NCBI GenBank assembly: GCA_044463945.1
Contig: JBIQLW010000019.1
Span: forward strand, 8,990 to 72,989
Source: Bradyrhizobiaceae bacterium
Lineage (GTDB): Bacteria > Pseudomonadota > Alphaproteobacteria > Rhizobiales > Xanthobacteraceae
Direction: 5' to 3'
Length of the DNA: 64,000 bases
How positions within the stretch are numbered: position 1 is the first letter of the stretch; every line of letters begins with the position of its first letter. Position numbers and translations under genes: made by a program. This document shows positions 41,615-51,058 of the stretch, one piece after another. The notes beneath the pieces were generated by a model that was not told the origin of the DNA, did no database searches, and saw only the letters and a list, made by a program, of their open reading frames with translations.

Positions 41615-44329
41615 TCACGCCGGGCTGCCGCCTGAAGCGTCGCGCGCGACCGGCAAAGTGACGATGCGGGTCTGAGGGTCGCCGGGGTTCTCACGGATGT
41701 CGAACCCCAAATTTTTGCACATGCCCAGCATGGTCACGTTGTCGCTCAGCACCTCGCCGCGCACCTCGCGGATGCCTTCCGTGCGGGCGTAGTCGATCAG
41801 CGTCTGCATCAGGATCCAGCCGATCCCGCGGCCCTTCATGTCGGAGCGCACCAGCACGGCATATTCGGCGGTGTCGCTATGCGCCATGGTATGCAGGCGG
41901 CCGACGCCGAGCATCTCGCCCGATGCGTCGTCGATGGCCAGGAACGCCATGGCGCGGGCATAGTCGATCTGCGTGAAACGCGCGATGAAGCGGTGGCTGA
42001 AATCCTTCAGCGGCGCGAAGAAACGCGACCTCACGTCCTCGGACGTCATCCGTTGCAGAAACGGAGTGTAGAGAGGCTCGTCCTCCGGCCGCACCGGCCG
42101 CAGGCGGATCGAGGTGCCGTCGCGAAGCTGCGCCTGCCGCTCCAACTGTTTGGGATAGGGACGGATCGCAAGCCGCGGATGGCCGCGCCCGCGCTGCGAT
42201 TGCGTCACCCGGCCGACGGCGACGCGCGCATCGAGCGCGATGACGCCGGACTGATCGGCGAGCAACGGGTTGAGGTCGAGTTCCTTCACCTCGGGCACGT
42301 CGGTCACCAGTTGCGAGAGCTTGACCAGCGTCAGGGCGATCGCGGCCGAGTCCGCCGCCGGCACGTCGCGGTATCCTCTCAGAATGCGCGAGACGCGCGT
42401 GCGCGCGATCAGGTCATGGGCGAGGCTGAGATCGAGCGGCGGCAAGGCGAGCGCCTTGTCGTCGATCACCTCGACCGCCGTCCCGCCGCTGCCGAACACG
42501 ATGACGGGTCCGAACGTGGCGTCGTCCGCAAGCCCCAGGATCAATTCGCGCGCTTTCGGGCGCACGATCATCGGGTGGATGGTGACGCCGGTGATCCGGG
42601 CGTCGGGCTTGGCCGCGCGCGCGCGGGCGAGAATGTCGGCGGTCGCGGCGCGAACGGCGTCCTCGTCGGTGAGGTTGAGCCGCACGCCGCCGATATCCGA
42701 TTTGTGGACGATGTCGGGCGACAGGATCTTGGCCGCCACGGGGCCGTCAGCCAGCAACGGGCGCGCGCGTTCGACCGCCTCGTCGGGGTTGCGCGCCAGC
42801 AGCGTGGCGGCGACCGGGATGGCGTAGCTGGTCATGAGGTCGGCGACTTCGATCGGGTCGAGCCAGACCCGGCCGCTGTCGACCGCCGCCGCGACGATGC
42901 GGCGCGCGGCGTTGACGTCCGGCGCGAAATCCTGCGGCAGGCTCGGCGGCGTGGCCATCAGGGCGTTCTGGCCGTCGCGGTAGCGCACGAGGTGCATGAA
43001 GCCGCGCACCGCGTCGCTTTCCGACTGGAAGTAGGGGATGTCGGCGGCATCGAACGCGGTTTCCGCCTTGCCGTCGTTGCCGACCCAGACGGCGAAGACC
43101 GGCTTCGACGGCAGCGGCCGCTTGCGATGCGATGCGACGGTCGCGATCACCGACGCCGCCGCGTCGGCCGCCGAGGCCAGCGCTGTCGGCACGTTCATCA
43201 CCAGAACGCCGTCGTTGTCCGGGTCGGCAAGCAGCGCGCCGAGAGCTGCGTCGTAGCGTCCCGCGTCGGCGTCGCCGGCGATATCGACCGGATTGGCCCG
43301 CGACCAGATCGGCGGCAGTTTTTCGTCGAGCGCGCGGATGGTGGCGTCGGAGAGCGTGGCAAGCTGCCCGCCGAGATCGATCAGGCGATCGACCGCGAGC
43401 ACGCCGATGCCGCCGCCGTTGGTCAGGATCGCCAGCCGGTCGCCGTCGAAGGGGCGGACGTGGCTGAGCGTTTCGGCGGCGTCGAACAGTTCGTCGAGGT
43501 CGAACACGCGCACCAGCCCGGCGCGCCGGAAGGCGGCGTCATAGACGGCGTCCGACCCCGCCAGCGCGCCGGTGTGGGTGCGGGCCGCGGCCGCTCCTTG
43601 CGCGTGACGCCCGGACTTGATGACCACCACAGGCTTGATGCGCGCGGCCGCGCGCGCCGCCGACATGAACTTCGGCGCGTCGTGGATCGATTCGATGTAG
43701 AGAACGATGGCCTGCGTGGTCTTGTCGGTGGCGAAATAATCCAGCAGGTCGCCGAAATCGACGTCGATCTGGTTGCCGAGCGAGACCACGCCGGAGAAGC
43801 CGACCGAGCGGCGCGCGGCCCATTCGACCAGCCCGGCGACGATCGCGCCGGATTGCGAGATCAGGGCGATTTCGCCCGGCTGCGCCATGTGCGCGGCGAA
43901 ACTCGCGTCGAGCCTGACACCGGGAATCTGCACGCCGAGACAGTTCGGCCCCAACAGACGCATTCCGTGCGCGCCCGCCGCCTGCAACGCCGCTTCCGCC
44001 AGCGAGCCGTCGCCGCTGCCGAGCCCGGCCGTGATGATGATGGCGCTGGCGCAGCCCCGCGCGCCGGCGTCCGCGATGATGCCGGGCACCGACGCCGGCG
44101 GCGCGGTGATCACCAGCAGGTCGGTTTCGGGCAGTTCCTTCGCGCTCCTGAGCGTCGCCACGCCCTCGATCTCGGCATGGTTCGGATTGACCAGATGGAT
44201 CGGCCCGGCGAAGCCGGCGGCCTTCAGGTTGCACAGGATCTTGCGGCCGACCGAATGCGCGCGGGGGCTGGCCCCGACCACGGCGACGGAGCGCGGCAGA
44301 AACAGGCGGTCAAGACGGGCGGTTGTCAT
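41615..44329 (-). CDS. Pat-like bifunctional protein: ADP-forming acyl-CoA synthetase-like domains + C-terminal GNAT acetyltransferase
   Basis: N-terminal CoA-binding (SVAVVGASPR), succinyl-CoA-synthetase-like and ATP-grasp regions. C-terminal GNAT (VRSDMKGRGIGWILMQTLIDYAR); 904 aa. Confidence 0.9.
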   Translation of the reverse strand: MTTARLDRLFLPRSVAVVGASPRAHSVGRKILCNLKAAGFAGPIHLVNPNHAEIEGVATLRSAKELPETDLLVITAPPASVPGIIADAGARGCASAIIITAGLGSGDGSLAEAALQAAGAHGMRLLGPNCLGVQIPGVRLDASFAAHMAQPGEIALISQSGAIVAGLVEWAARRSVGFSGVVSLGNQIDVDFGDLLDYFATDKTTQAIVLYIESIHDAPKFMSAARAAARIKPVVVIKSGRHAQGAAAARTHTGALAGSDAVYDAAFRRAGLVRVFDLDELFDAAETLSHVRPFDGDRLAILTNGGGIGVLAVDRLIDLGGQLATLSDATIRALDEKLPPIWSRANPVDIAGDADAGRYDAALGALLADPDNDGVLVMNVPTALASAADAAASVIATVASHRKRPLPSKPVFAVWVGNDGKAETAFDAADIPYFQSESDAVRGFMHLVRYRDGQNALMATPPSLPQDFAPDVNAARRIVAAAVDSGRVWLDPIEVADLMTSYAIPVAATLLARNPDEAVERARPLLADGPVAAKILSPDIVHKSDIGGVRLNLTDEDAVRAATADILARARAAKPDARITGVTIHPMIVRPKARELILGLADDATFGPVIVFGSGGTAVEVIDDKALALPPLDLSLAHDLIARTRVSRILRGYRDVPAADSAAIALTLVKLSQLVTDVPEVKELDLNPLLADQSGVIALDARVAVGRVTQSQRGRGHPRLAIRPYPKQLERQAQLRDGTSIRLRPVRPEDEPLYTPFLQRMTSEDVRSRFFAPLKDFSHRFIARFTQIDYARAMAFLAIDDASGEMLGVGRLHTMAHSDTAEYAVLVRSDMKGRGIGWILMQTLIDYARTEGIREVRGEVLSDNVTMLGMCKNLGFDIRENPGDPQTRIVTLPVARDASGGSPA

Positions 44330-44430
44330 CTTTGGCCCCCTTTACGGTCGAGGTTGTCGGACGCTCTGCGGTTGCGTCAAGCCGGGCCGGTCGCGTCCGG
44401 CGCGAGCAGCCTGACAGGCAATGATGGCGC

Positions 44431-44814
44431 TTATTCGCGCTCCTCGATAGCCCGCAGCGCCAGCGCGCCGGCCTGGGCGCTGGCGGCGATCTCGATGAAC
44501 AACAGCGCCATCTCCTCGAACACCGAGCGGTCCCGCTCGCCCTCGGTCACCTGATCGAGTTCCGACAACAGCGTCAGGATGGCGGCGATGCGGTCCTTGT
44601 GGTCGCGCGCCTGCGAAAGCCCGCGGCGCGACAGCCGCCGCCGTTCCAGCGTGCTGAAGCGGTCGAGCGCGGCGGCCAGCGTGTCGCGGCAGCGGCAGTC
44701 GAGTTCGGAGAACAGCAGCACATGCCGCAGCCGCTCGATCAGGTTGGCGGCGTCCTCGACCGTCGGCATTGCCTCCGGCGCGATCACCGAAACATTCGCG
44801 GGATGGTCTTGCAT
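44431..44814 (-). CDS. Hypothetical helical protein downstream of hemN
   Basis: ATG 44814 (MQDHPANVSVIAPE...); no recognisable domain. The longer track ORF runs through the REP D palindrome. Confidence 0.45.
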   Translation of the reverse strand: MQDHPANVSVIAPEAMPTVEDAANLIERLRHVLLFSELDCRCRDTLAAALDRFSTLERRRLSRRGLSQARDHKDRIAAILTLLSELDQVTEGERDRSVFEEMALLFIEIAASAQAGALALRAIEERE

Positions 44815-44862
44815 CGGTTGTTCTCCAGGGCCGTGCGCCGCCACATGCGGCGTTTTTTGTTT

Positions 44863-44911
44863 GAGCATGATCTTGTCCGAAAACCGGTTCCCACTTTTCG
44901 GGATCATGCTC
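44863..44911. repeat. REP family D copy 1 (49-bp palindrome)
   Basis: GAGCATGATCTTGTCCGAAAACCGGTTCCCACTTTTCGGGATCATGCTC; abuts the hemN stop codon; second copy at 56981-57029. Confidence 0.65.
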
Positions 44912-46260
44912 TAGACCGCGCGGCTGTAGGTCCGGTTCGATTGCCGAAGATGGGCGTCGAAGGCCGAGGCGACGCTGCGCACCAACAGCCGCGCGTCGTC
45001 GGCGACCTCGACGCGCGCGCCGTCGAGCCGCACGATGCCGTCGTCGGACAGGGTCCGCAGCCGCGTCAGCGCCGGCGCGAGGTCGTCGAGCGCCACGCCG
45101 CGCCGGGCGCAGACCTCGGCGACATCGACGGCGAGGTCGCACATCACCCGCTCGATCAGTTCGGCGCGCAGCGCGTCGTCGTCGGTGAGGCGATAGCCCC
45201 GCGCGGTGGCCAACTCGCCGCGCCGGACGCGTTCGGCGTAGCGGCCGAGCACCACCTCGTTCTGCACGTAGCCCTGCGGCAGGCGGCCGATCGCCGAGGC
45301 GCCGAAGCCGATCAGCGCCTCGCAGGCGTCGGTGGTGTAGCCTTGGAAATTGCGCCGCAGCCGGCTCTCGGCCTGGGCGCGGGCCATGGCGTCGTCGGGG
45401 CGGGCGAAGTGATCGAAGCCGATGCGCACGTAGCCGGCCGCGACCAGCGCCTGCGCGATGGCCTCGGCCTGATCGAAGCGCGCTTCGCCGTCGGGCAGCG
45501 CCGCCTCGTCGATCTTGCGCTGGTGCTTCTTGAAGTCGGGAATGTGCGCGTAGCCGAACACCGAGAAGCGGTCCGGCCGCATCGCGAGACAGGCGTTCAC
45601 CGTCTCGACGCAGGAGGCCGTGGTTTGCAGCGGCAGCCCGTAGATCAGGTCGAAGTTGATGCCGCGCACGCCGCTGGCGCGCAGGCCGGCCACCGCGTCG
45701 GCGGTGCAGGCGACGCTCTGGATGCGGTTGATCGCCTTCTGCACGCGGGGATCGAAGCTCTGCACCCCGAGACTGGCGCGGGTGACGCCGGCCTCTCCCA
45801 GCGCCGCCGTCATGTCGGCGGTGAGCGTGCGCGGATCGATCTCGACGGCGATCTCGGCGTCGGGGCGGATATCGAAGGTCCCGCGCAGCAGTGCCGCCAG
45901 CGCCAGCATCACCTCCGGTTCGACAATGGTCGGCGTGCCGCCGCCGAAATGGACGTGATGCACGCTGAGCGGGCCGCGCGCGCGGCGCGCCACCAGCCCG
46001 ATCTCGCGCCGCAGCACGCCGATGTAATCGTCGATCGGCTCGTTCTTCTGGGTGATGGTGGTGTGGCAGCCGCAATAGGAGCACATCGCGCGGCAGAACG
46101 GGACGTGGAGATAGAGCGAGGTTTTGGTCGCGGCGGGCAGCGCCGCCAGCCATTCGCTGTAAGTCGGCGCGGCGATCGCCGGCGAGAACAGCGGCGCGGT
46201 CGGATAGCTGGTGTAGCGCGGCAGCCGCTCGTCGTAATGGGTTCTCAGCCTGTCGCTCAC
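44911..46260 (-). CDS. hemN: Oxygen-independent coproporphyrinogen III oxidase (radical SAM)
   Basis: RLPRYTSYPTAP, radical-SAM CRAMCSYCGC, HVHFGGGTP. GTG 46260 with a GGGGGAG RBS is preferred; ATG 46302 is the alternative. Confidence 0.92.
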   Translation of the reverse strand: MSDRLRTHYDERLPRYTSYPTAPLFSPAIAAPTYSEWLAALPAATKTSLYLHVPFCRAMCSYCGCHTTITQKNEPIDDYIGVLRREIGLVARRARGPLSVHHVHFGGGTPTIVEPEVMLALAALLRGTFDIRPDAEIAVEIDPRTLTADMTAALGEAGVTRASLGVQSFDPRVQKAINRIQSVACTADAVAGLRASGVRGINFDLIYGLPLQTTASCVETVNACLAMRPDRFSVFGYAHIPDFKKHQRKIDEAALPDGEARFDQAEAIAQALVAAGYVRIGFDHFARPDDAMARAQAESRLRRNFQGYTTDACEALIGFGASAIGRLPQGYVQNEVVLGRYAERVRRGELATARGYRLTDDDALRAELIERVMCDLAVDVAEVCARRGVALDDLAPALTRLRTLSDDGIVRLDGARVEVADDARLLVRSVASAFDAHLRQSNRTYSRAV

Positions 46261-46301
46261 GCCATCGTCTCCCCCGCGGCGACGGCCGCGGACGGGGCGC
46301 A

Positions 46302-46751
46302 TTATGGCCGCGGCAGGGGGGACGATTTTTGTTCCACATCAAACGCCGCACAATCCGGCGGCGGCGACACCAGCGGCTGCACCGTCTTGAGCATCGCCAC
46401 GAGCTGGCTCTGCTGGCGGGTGCCGGTCTTGCGGAAGATGCGTTCCAGGTAGGTGCGCGCCGATTTCACCGTGACGCCGTGGCGCGCGGCGGACTCGGCC
46501 AGCGTCAGGCCGGAAGCGAGGTCGGTCGCCAGCCGCGCTTCCGTCGGCGTCAGGTCGAACAGCGCGTGCAGCAGGCTGGCGGAGGGCACCAGCGCGCTCG
46601 GCGTGATCGGCGTGGCGAGGATGAGCGTGTCGGCGTTGACGAAGATGTCGTGCGCGGCGCGCCGCAGCGGCAGCAGGTGGACGACGAAGGCGGCGTTGCC
46701 GCCGATCGCCGGCACCGGGATCGAGCCGACGGTGGTGTCGTCCTGCTGCAT
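46302..46751 (-). CDS. Short LuxR/GerE-type HTH protein (possibly an N-terminally truncated regulator)
   Basis: C-terminal LTPTEARLATDLASGLTLAESAARHGVTVKSARTYLERIFRKTG. Only ~75 aa precede the HTH; an in-frame stop lies 10 codons upstream of the ATG. Confidence 0.65.
   Translation of the reverse strand: MQQDDTTVGSIPVPAIGGNAAFVVHLLPLRRAAHDIFVNADTLILATPITPSALVPSASLLHALFDLTPTEARLATDLASGLTLAESAARHGVTVKSARTYLERIFRKTGTRQQSQLVAMLKTVQPLVSPPPDCAAFDVEQKSSPLPRP
46329..46342. promoter_or_regulatory. Near-consensus FixK-type box upstream of hemN
   Basis: Reads TTGAT-GTGG-AACAA on the hemN strand (one mismatch), centred 75 bp upstream of GTG 46260. Confidence 0.45.
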
Positions 46752-46940
46752 CCCGCCGCACGATCCGCGCGATGGTCGTCATGTGACGACTGTTCGCCGC
46801 GCGCCGCGCCCCGGCAATCTGCCCTTCCGGCGGAGGCAAGGATTCCGCGCAAGGGGCTGAAGGCGATGGCGGCGGCAAGGACGGGGCCCGGTAGCGAGGG
46901 CGGGTTTGCGACACGAATTTCCCATGCACGCGCCCCGATG

Positions 46941-46973
46941 ACTGGATCGTCCGCCTTCGCGGACGATGACGCC
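46941..46973. repeat. REP family C half-copy (second hairpin only)
   Basis: ACTGGATCGTCCGCCTTCGCGGACGATGACGCC. Confidence 0.6.
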
Positions 46974-46976
46974 TCG

Positions 46977-47708
46977 TTATCGATCAGACGTTGCGGCTGA
47001 ACTCGCGCTCTGCTCCCCGTCCCACCCGCACGCCTGAAGCCGCGCGTGCAGGTGCGGCGGGGCGGGGGCGGTGACGCGCACCGGCGGCTTGTTCTTCGAC
47101 AGCGGAATCGCGATCTCGCGCGCGTGCAGGTGCAGCGACGGCTCGCCCACGCGCGGCCCGTTGCCATAAATGTTGTCGCCGACGATCGGCCAGCCCATCG
47201 CCGCGCAATGCACGCGCAATTGATGGGTGCGGCCGGTGAGCGGTTCCAGCGCCAGCCATGCGAGGCCCTCGCCCCGCCCCAGCACGCGCCACTTGGTCAC
47301 CGCCGGCTGGCCCTCGGGGTCGGGCTTCTGCCACCAGCCGCGCTCGGCGTTGCGGCGGCCGAGCGGCATGTCGATGGTGCCTTCGTCCGCGCGCGGGCCG
47401 CCTTCGACCACCGCCCAGTAGGTCTTGTCGATCTTGCCGTGCTTGAACAGCAGTCCGAGCGAGGCGGTGGCCTTGCGGTGGCGGCCCAGCACCAGACAGC
47501 CGGAGGTGTCGCGGTCCAGCCGATGCGCCAGCACCGGCGGGCGCGGCAGGCCGAAGCGCAGCGCCTCGAACGAGGCTTCGAGGTTCGCGCCGCCCTTGGG
47601 GCCGCGATGCACCGGCAAGCCCGCCGGCTTGTCGATTACCAGCATCAGGCCGTCGCGGTGCAGGACACGGGCCAGAATCTCGTCGGCGCTGAGTTGCGGG
47701 GTATCCAT
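46977..47708 (-). CDS. RluA-family pseudouridine synthase
   Basis: [12 protein letters not shown], catalytic [25 protein letters not shown] 47708 preferred over the track's TTG 47738. Confidence 0.9.
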   Translation of the reverse strand: MDTPQLSADEILARVLHRDGLMLVIDKPAGLPVHRGPKGGANLEASFEALRFGLPRPPVLAHRLDRDTSGCLVLGRHRKATASLGLLFKHGKIDKTYWAVVEGGPRADEGTIDMPLGRRNAERGWWQKPDPEGQPAVTKWRVLGRGEGLAWLALEPLTGRTHQLRVHCAAMGWPIVGDNIYGNGPRVGEPSLHLHAREIAIPLSKNKPPVRVTAPAPPHLHARLQACGWDGEQSASSAATSDR

Positions 47709-47760
47709 GAAGGGATGGCGGCTTTCGTTTATGGCCAAAGACGTTTAGAGCATTCCCGCC

Positions 47761-48708
47761 ATGACCGACAACAATCCCGACCAACCGAAACAGAGCTGGT
47801 GGCGACGCCTCTCCGGCGGCCTCAAGCGCACCTCCGCGTCGCTGGGAACCGCGGTAGCCGATCTGGTGATCCGCCGCAAGCTCGACCGCGCCATGCTCGA
47901 CGATATCGAGGACGTGCTGCTGCGCGCCGACCTCGGCTCCGACGTCGCGGCGCGCATCGCCGAGGCGGTCGGGCACGGCCGCTACGACAAGACGATCTCG
48001 GCCGACGAGGTCAAGGCCGTGGTCGCCACCGAGGTCGAGAAGGTGCTGACGCCGGTGGCGAAGCCGCTCGTCATCGAGCCTGCGCAAAAACCGTTCGTGA
48101 TCCTGATGGTCGGCGTCAACGGTTCCGGCAAGACCACCACCACCGGCAAGCTGGCCTCGCGCTTCGCCGCCGAGGGCCGCAAGGTAATGCTGGCGGCGGG
48201 CGACACGTTTCGCGCAGCCGCCATCGAGCAGTTGCAGGTGTGGGGCGAGCGCACCGGCGCGCCGGTGATCGCGCGGCCGCAGGGCTCCGACGCGGCGGGG
48301 CTGGCGTTCGACGCGCTCACGGCCGCGAAAGCCGAAGGCTCAGACGTGCTGCTGATCGACACCGCCGGGCGGCTCCAGAACAAGGCCGAACTGATGGGCG
48401 AACTGGAGAAGGTGGTGCGGGTGATGCGCAAGGTGGACGCCTCCGCGCCGCACGCCGTGCTCTTGGTGCTCGACGCCACGGTCGGGCAGAACGCGCTGTC
48501 GCAGGTCGAGGCGTTCCACCGCGCCGCCGGCGTCACCGGCCTCGTCATGACCAAGCTCGACGGCACCGCGCGCGGCGGCATCCTGGTGGCGCTGGCGGAG
48601 AAGCACAAGCTGCCGGTGCATTTCATCGGCGTCGGCGAGGGCGTGGACGACCTGTCGCCGTTCACCGCAAGCGATTTCGCCCGCGCGATCGCCGGAATCG
48701 AAAGCTGA
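47761..48708 (+). CDS. ftsY: Signal recognition particle receptor FtsY
   Basis: [36 protein letters not shown]-domain motifs. Confidence 0.95.
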   Translation: MTDNNPDQPKQSWWRRLSGGLKRTSASLGTAVADLVIRRKLDRAMLDDIEDVLLRADLGSDVAARIAEAVGHGRYDKTISADEVKAVVATEVEKVLTPVAKPLVIEPAQKPFVILMVGVNGSGKTTTTGKLASRFAAEGRKVMLAAGDTFRAAAIEQLQVWGERTGAPVIARPQGSDAAGLAFDALTAAKAEGSDVLLIDTAGRLQNKAELMGELEKVVRVMRKVDASAPHAVLLVLDATVGQNALSQVEAFHRAAGVTGLVMTKLDGTARGGILVALAEKHKLPVHFIGVGEGVDDLSPFTASDFARAIAGIES

Positions 48709-48710
48709 CC

Positions 48711-49313
48711 ATGGACAAGACGCAGCCGCATCCGCTGTTCAAGCTGGCGACCGAACTGGGGCCGCTGTTGATCTTCTTCTTCGCCAACGCGAAGTTCGAC
48801 CTGTTCGTCGCCACCGCTGCGTTCATGGTGGCGATCGTGGTGGCGACCGCCGCCTCATGGCTGGTGACGCGCCACGTTCCGATCATGGCGCTGGTCACCG
48901 CCGTGATCGTGCTGGTGTTCGGCACGCTGACGCTGGTGCTGCACGACGAGACCTTCATCAAGATCAAGCCGACCATCATCTACGGCCTGTTCGCGCTCGT
49001 GCTCGGCGGCGGGCTGGCGTTCGGCCGCTCCTTCATCGCCATCCTGTTCGACCAGATGTTCAACCTGACGCCGGAGGGCTGGCGCCGGCTGACGCTGCGC
49101 TGGACGCTGTTCTTCGTCGCCATGGCGGTGCTCAACGAGATCGTCTGGCGCACGCAGACCACCGACTTCTGGGTCGCGTTCAAGGCGTTCGGCGTGATCC
49201 CGATCACCATGGTGTTCGCGATGCTGCAAATGCCGCTGATGAAGCGCTATCATCAGGAGCCGGCGACGCTGGAAGCCAGCGACGCCCGCGACGGCGATAT
49301 CGGGCAGGGGTGA
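48711..49313 (+). CDS. yciB: Intracellular septation protein A (YciB/IspZ family)
   Basis: [29 protein letters not shown]..., 5 TM. It is embedded in a spurious 755-aa track ORF. Confidence 0.9.
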   Translation: MDKTQPHPLFKLATELGPLLIFFFANAKFDLFVATAAFMVAIVVATAASWLVTRHVPIMALVTAVIVLVFGTLTLVLHDETFIKIKPTIIYGLFALVLGGGLAFGRSFIAILFDQMFNLTPEGWRRLTLRWTLFFVAMAVLNEIVWRTQTTDFWVAFKAFGVIPITMVFAMLQMPLMKRYHQEPATLEASDARDGDIGQG

Positions 49314-49365
49314 CGCAAATCGAGTACGCCGCAAGCTTCTTTTACGGCCTTGACGTCATTCTTTG

Positions 49366-49441
49366 TCGTCATGCGCGGACTTGATCCGCGCATCCATCTT
49401 CCTAAAAAGATGGATTGCCGGGTCAAGCCCGGCAATGACGC
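49366..49441. repeat. REP family B copy 2 (inverted relative to copy 1)
   Basis: GTCGTCATGCGCGGACTTGATCCGCGCATCCATCTTCCTAAAAAGATGGATTGCCGGGTCAAGCCCGGCAATGACGC. Confidence 0.7.
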
Positions 49442-49454
49442 TTCGAGGTGAGTC

Positions 49455-50048
49455 TTACGATCCCGCCTTCAGCGCCTTCTCGATCTCGACCTTGAGCACG
49501 CGGTCGATATTCTCCGGCGTGATCGCGCCGATCAGCTTGTAGGCGATCCTGCCGTCGCGGCCGACGACGAACGTTTCCGGCACGCCGTAGACGCCCCATT
49601 CGATGGCCGCGCGGCCGTTGGCGTCGACCCCGACACGGCTGAACGGATTGCCGTAGCGGCCGAGGAAGCGGCGCGCGTTGTCGGTCTTGTCCTTGTAGTT
49701 GATGCCGACGATCTGGATGCGGCTGTCGCCGGCAAGCGCGGTCAAGAGCGGCGCTTCCTCGTGGCACGGCACGCACCACGAGGCCCAGACGTTGACCACG
49801 CTGACCTTGCCGGCAAACATCTGCGGATCGAAGCCCGGCACCGCCGCGCCCTCGCGCGTCAGGCCGTCGAGCGGCGGCAGCGCGGTCGGCGGCGCGGGGC
49901 GTCCGATCAGCGCCGAGGGAATGCGCGAAATATCGCTGTCGCCGAGCCGGAACCAGAACAGCGCCGCCAGCGCCGCGAACGCCAGCAGCGGCAGCGCCAG
50001 CAGCCAGCGCCGCCGCGCCGGCGCGCTTTGGTTCGCCGCCTCGCTCAT
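49455..50048 (-). CDS. ccmG: Cytochrome c biogenesis thiol:disulfide oxidoreductase CcmG/DsbE (CycY)
   Basis: N-terminal anchor, [14 protein letters not shown] active site, GVYGVPETF. Confidence 0.93.
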   Translation of the reverse strand: MSEAANQSAPARRRWLLALPLLAFAALAALFWFRLGDSDISRIPSALIGRPAPPTALPPLDGLTREGAAVPGFDPQMFAGKVSVVNVWASWCVPCHEEAPLLTALAGDSRIQIVGINYKDKTDNARRFLGRYGNPFSRVGVDANGRAAIEWGVYGVPETFVVGRDGRIAYKLIGAITPENIDRVLKVEIEKALKAGS

Positions 50049-50230
50049 GGCAGGTCCGCAGCATTGCGGCCGGAGCGCCGCGTCACGCCGCGCGCCTCGA
50101 ACTCGCGCAGCCGCGCGCGCTGCTGGCGATAGTCGAACGCGATCCAGCCGATCAGGAGCGCCACCACCAGCGCCACCAGCAGGTAGGACGTGACGATGAA
50201 CGAGGCGTAGGGGCCGAGCGACATCGCCAT
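50045..50230 (-). CDS. ccmD: Heme exporter protein D (CcmD/CycX)
   Basis: [41 protein letters not shown]; ATGA-type overlaps with the ccmC stop and ccmG start. Confidence 0.8.
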   Translation of the reverse strand: MAMSLGPYASFIVTSYLLVALVVALLIGWIAFDYRQQRARLREFEARGVTRRSGRNAADLP

Positions 50231-50961
50231 CACCCGCGCGGACGGCTGGCTTGCTGCATTTGCAGCGCGCGGACGCGGCGGCGCAGGATCTCGTTGCGCA
50301 TGGCGGCGAGATGCAGCGTGACGAACAACAGCGAGAACGCCACCGCCATCGTCAAAAGCGGAATCAGGAACGCCTTGTCCAGCGTCGAGCCGCCCATGCG
50401 GATCACCGACGCCGGCTGGTGCAGCGTATTCCACCAGTCGACCGAGAATTTGATGATCGGGATGTTGATCGCGCCCACCAGCGTCAGCACGGCGCTCGCG
50501 CGGGCGGCGCGCGAGGGGTCCTCCACCGCGCGCCACAGCGCGATCAGGCCGAGATACATCAGGAACAGGATCAGCACCGAGGTCAGCCGCGCGTCCCATT
50601 CCCAGTAGGTGCCCCACATCGGGCGGCCCCACAGCGAGCCGGTGACCAGCGCCAGAAAGGTGAAGGCGGCGCCGATCGGCGCGGCCGCCTTGGCGGCGAC
50701 GTCGGCGAGCGGATGCCGCCACACCAGCGTGCCGAGCGAGGCCACGCTCATCACGCCCCACACGAACATCGACAGCCAGGCGTTGGGCACGTGGATGAAC
50801 ATGATCTTCACCGTCGCGCCCTGCTGGTAGTCGTCGGGCGCCAGCGCCGACTGATACAGGCCGAGCGCGAGCAGGATGGCGGTCGCGGCCGTCAGCCACG
50901 GCAGGATCCGGGCCGTCAGCGCCAGAAAGCGGGTCGGGTTGGCAAGGTCGATCAGCGTCAT
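50230..50961 (-). CDS. ccmC: Heme exporter protein C (CcmC/CycZ)
   Basis: [29 protein letters not shown] (WWD-type motif); start [12 protein letters not shown] at 50961. Confidence 0.92.
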   Translation of the reverse strand: MTLIDLANPTRFLALTARILPWLTAATAILLALGLYQSALAPDDYQQGATVKIMFIHVPNAWLSMFVWGVMSVASLGTLVWRHPLADVAAKAAAPIGAAFTFLALVTGSLWGRPMWGTYWEWDARLTSVLILFLMYLGLIALWRAVEDPSRAARASAVLTLVGAINIPIIKFSVDWWNTLHQPASVIRMGGSTLDKAFLIPLLTMAVAFSLLFVTLHLAAMRNEILRRRVRALQMQQASRPRG

Positions 50962-51058
50962 GGCTGTCCTGATAGTCGCCGCGCGCGCCGCGCGCAACGG
51001 ACCACGGGCGCGTTCCATCGTGGTTCCGCGAGAGTTGATGGGGCGGGCTCGCGCATGG

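Noticed and set aside
41879-44554. 891-aa plus-strand ORF
   Set aside because: Antisense shadow of the Pat-like gene.
46261-46302. hemN start at ATG 46302
   Set aside because: It would put the FixK-like box only ~27 bp upstream and add an Arg/Gly-rich 14-residue extension. GTG 46260 with a GGGGGAG RBS gives the conserved SDRLR...YDERLPRYTSYP N-terminus. The ATG is kept as an alternative only.
44342-46351. 669-aa minus-strand ORF and the 617-aa plus-strand ORF at 44599-46452
   Set aside because: Out-of-frame or antisense shadows of hemN; Arg-rich, with no motifs.
47046-48710. First 555 codons of the 755-aa plus-strand ORF 47046-49313
   Set aside because: Antisense to the rluA-like gene and out of frame with ftsY. 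Only the last 200 codons (yciB, from ATG 48711) look like a real membrane protein.
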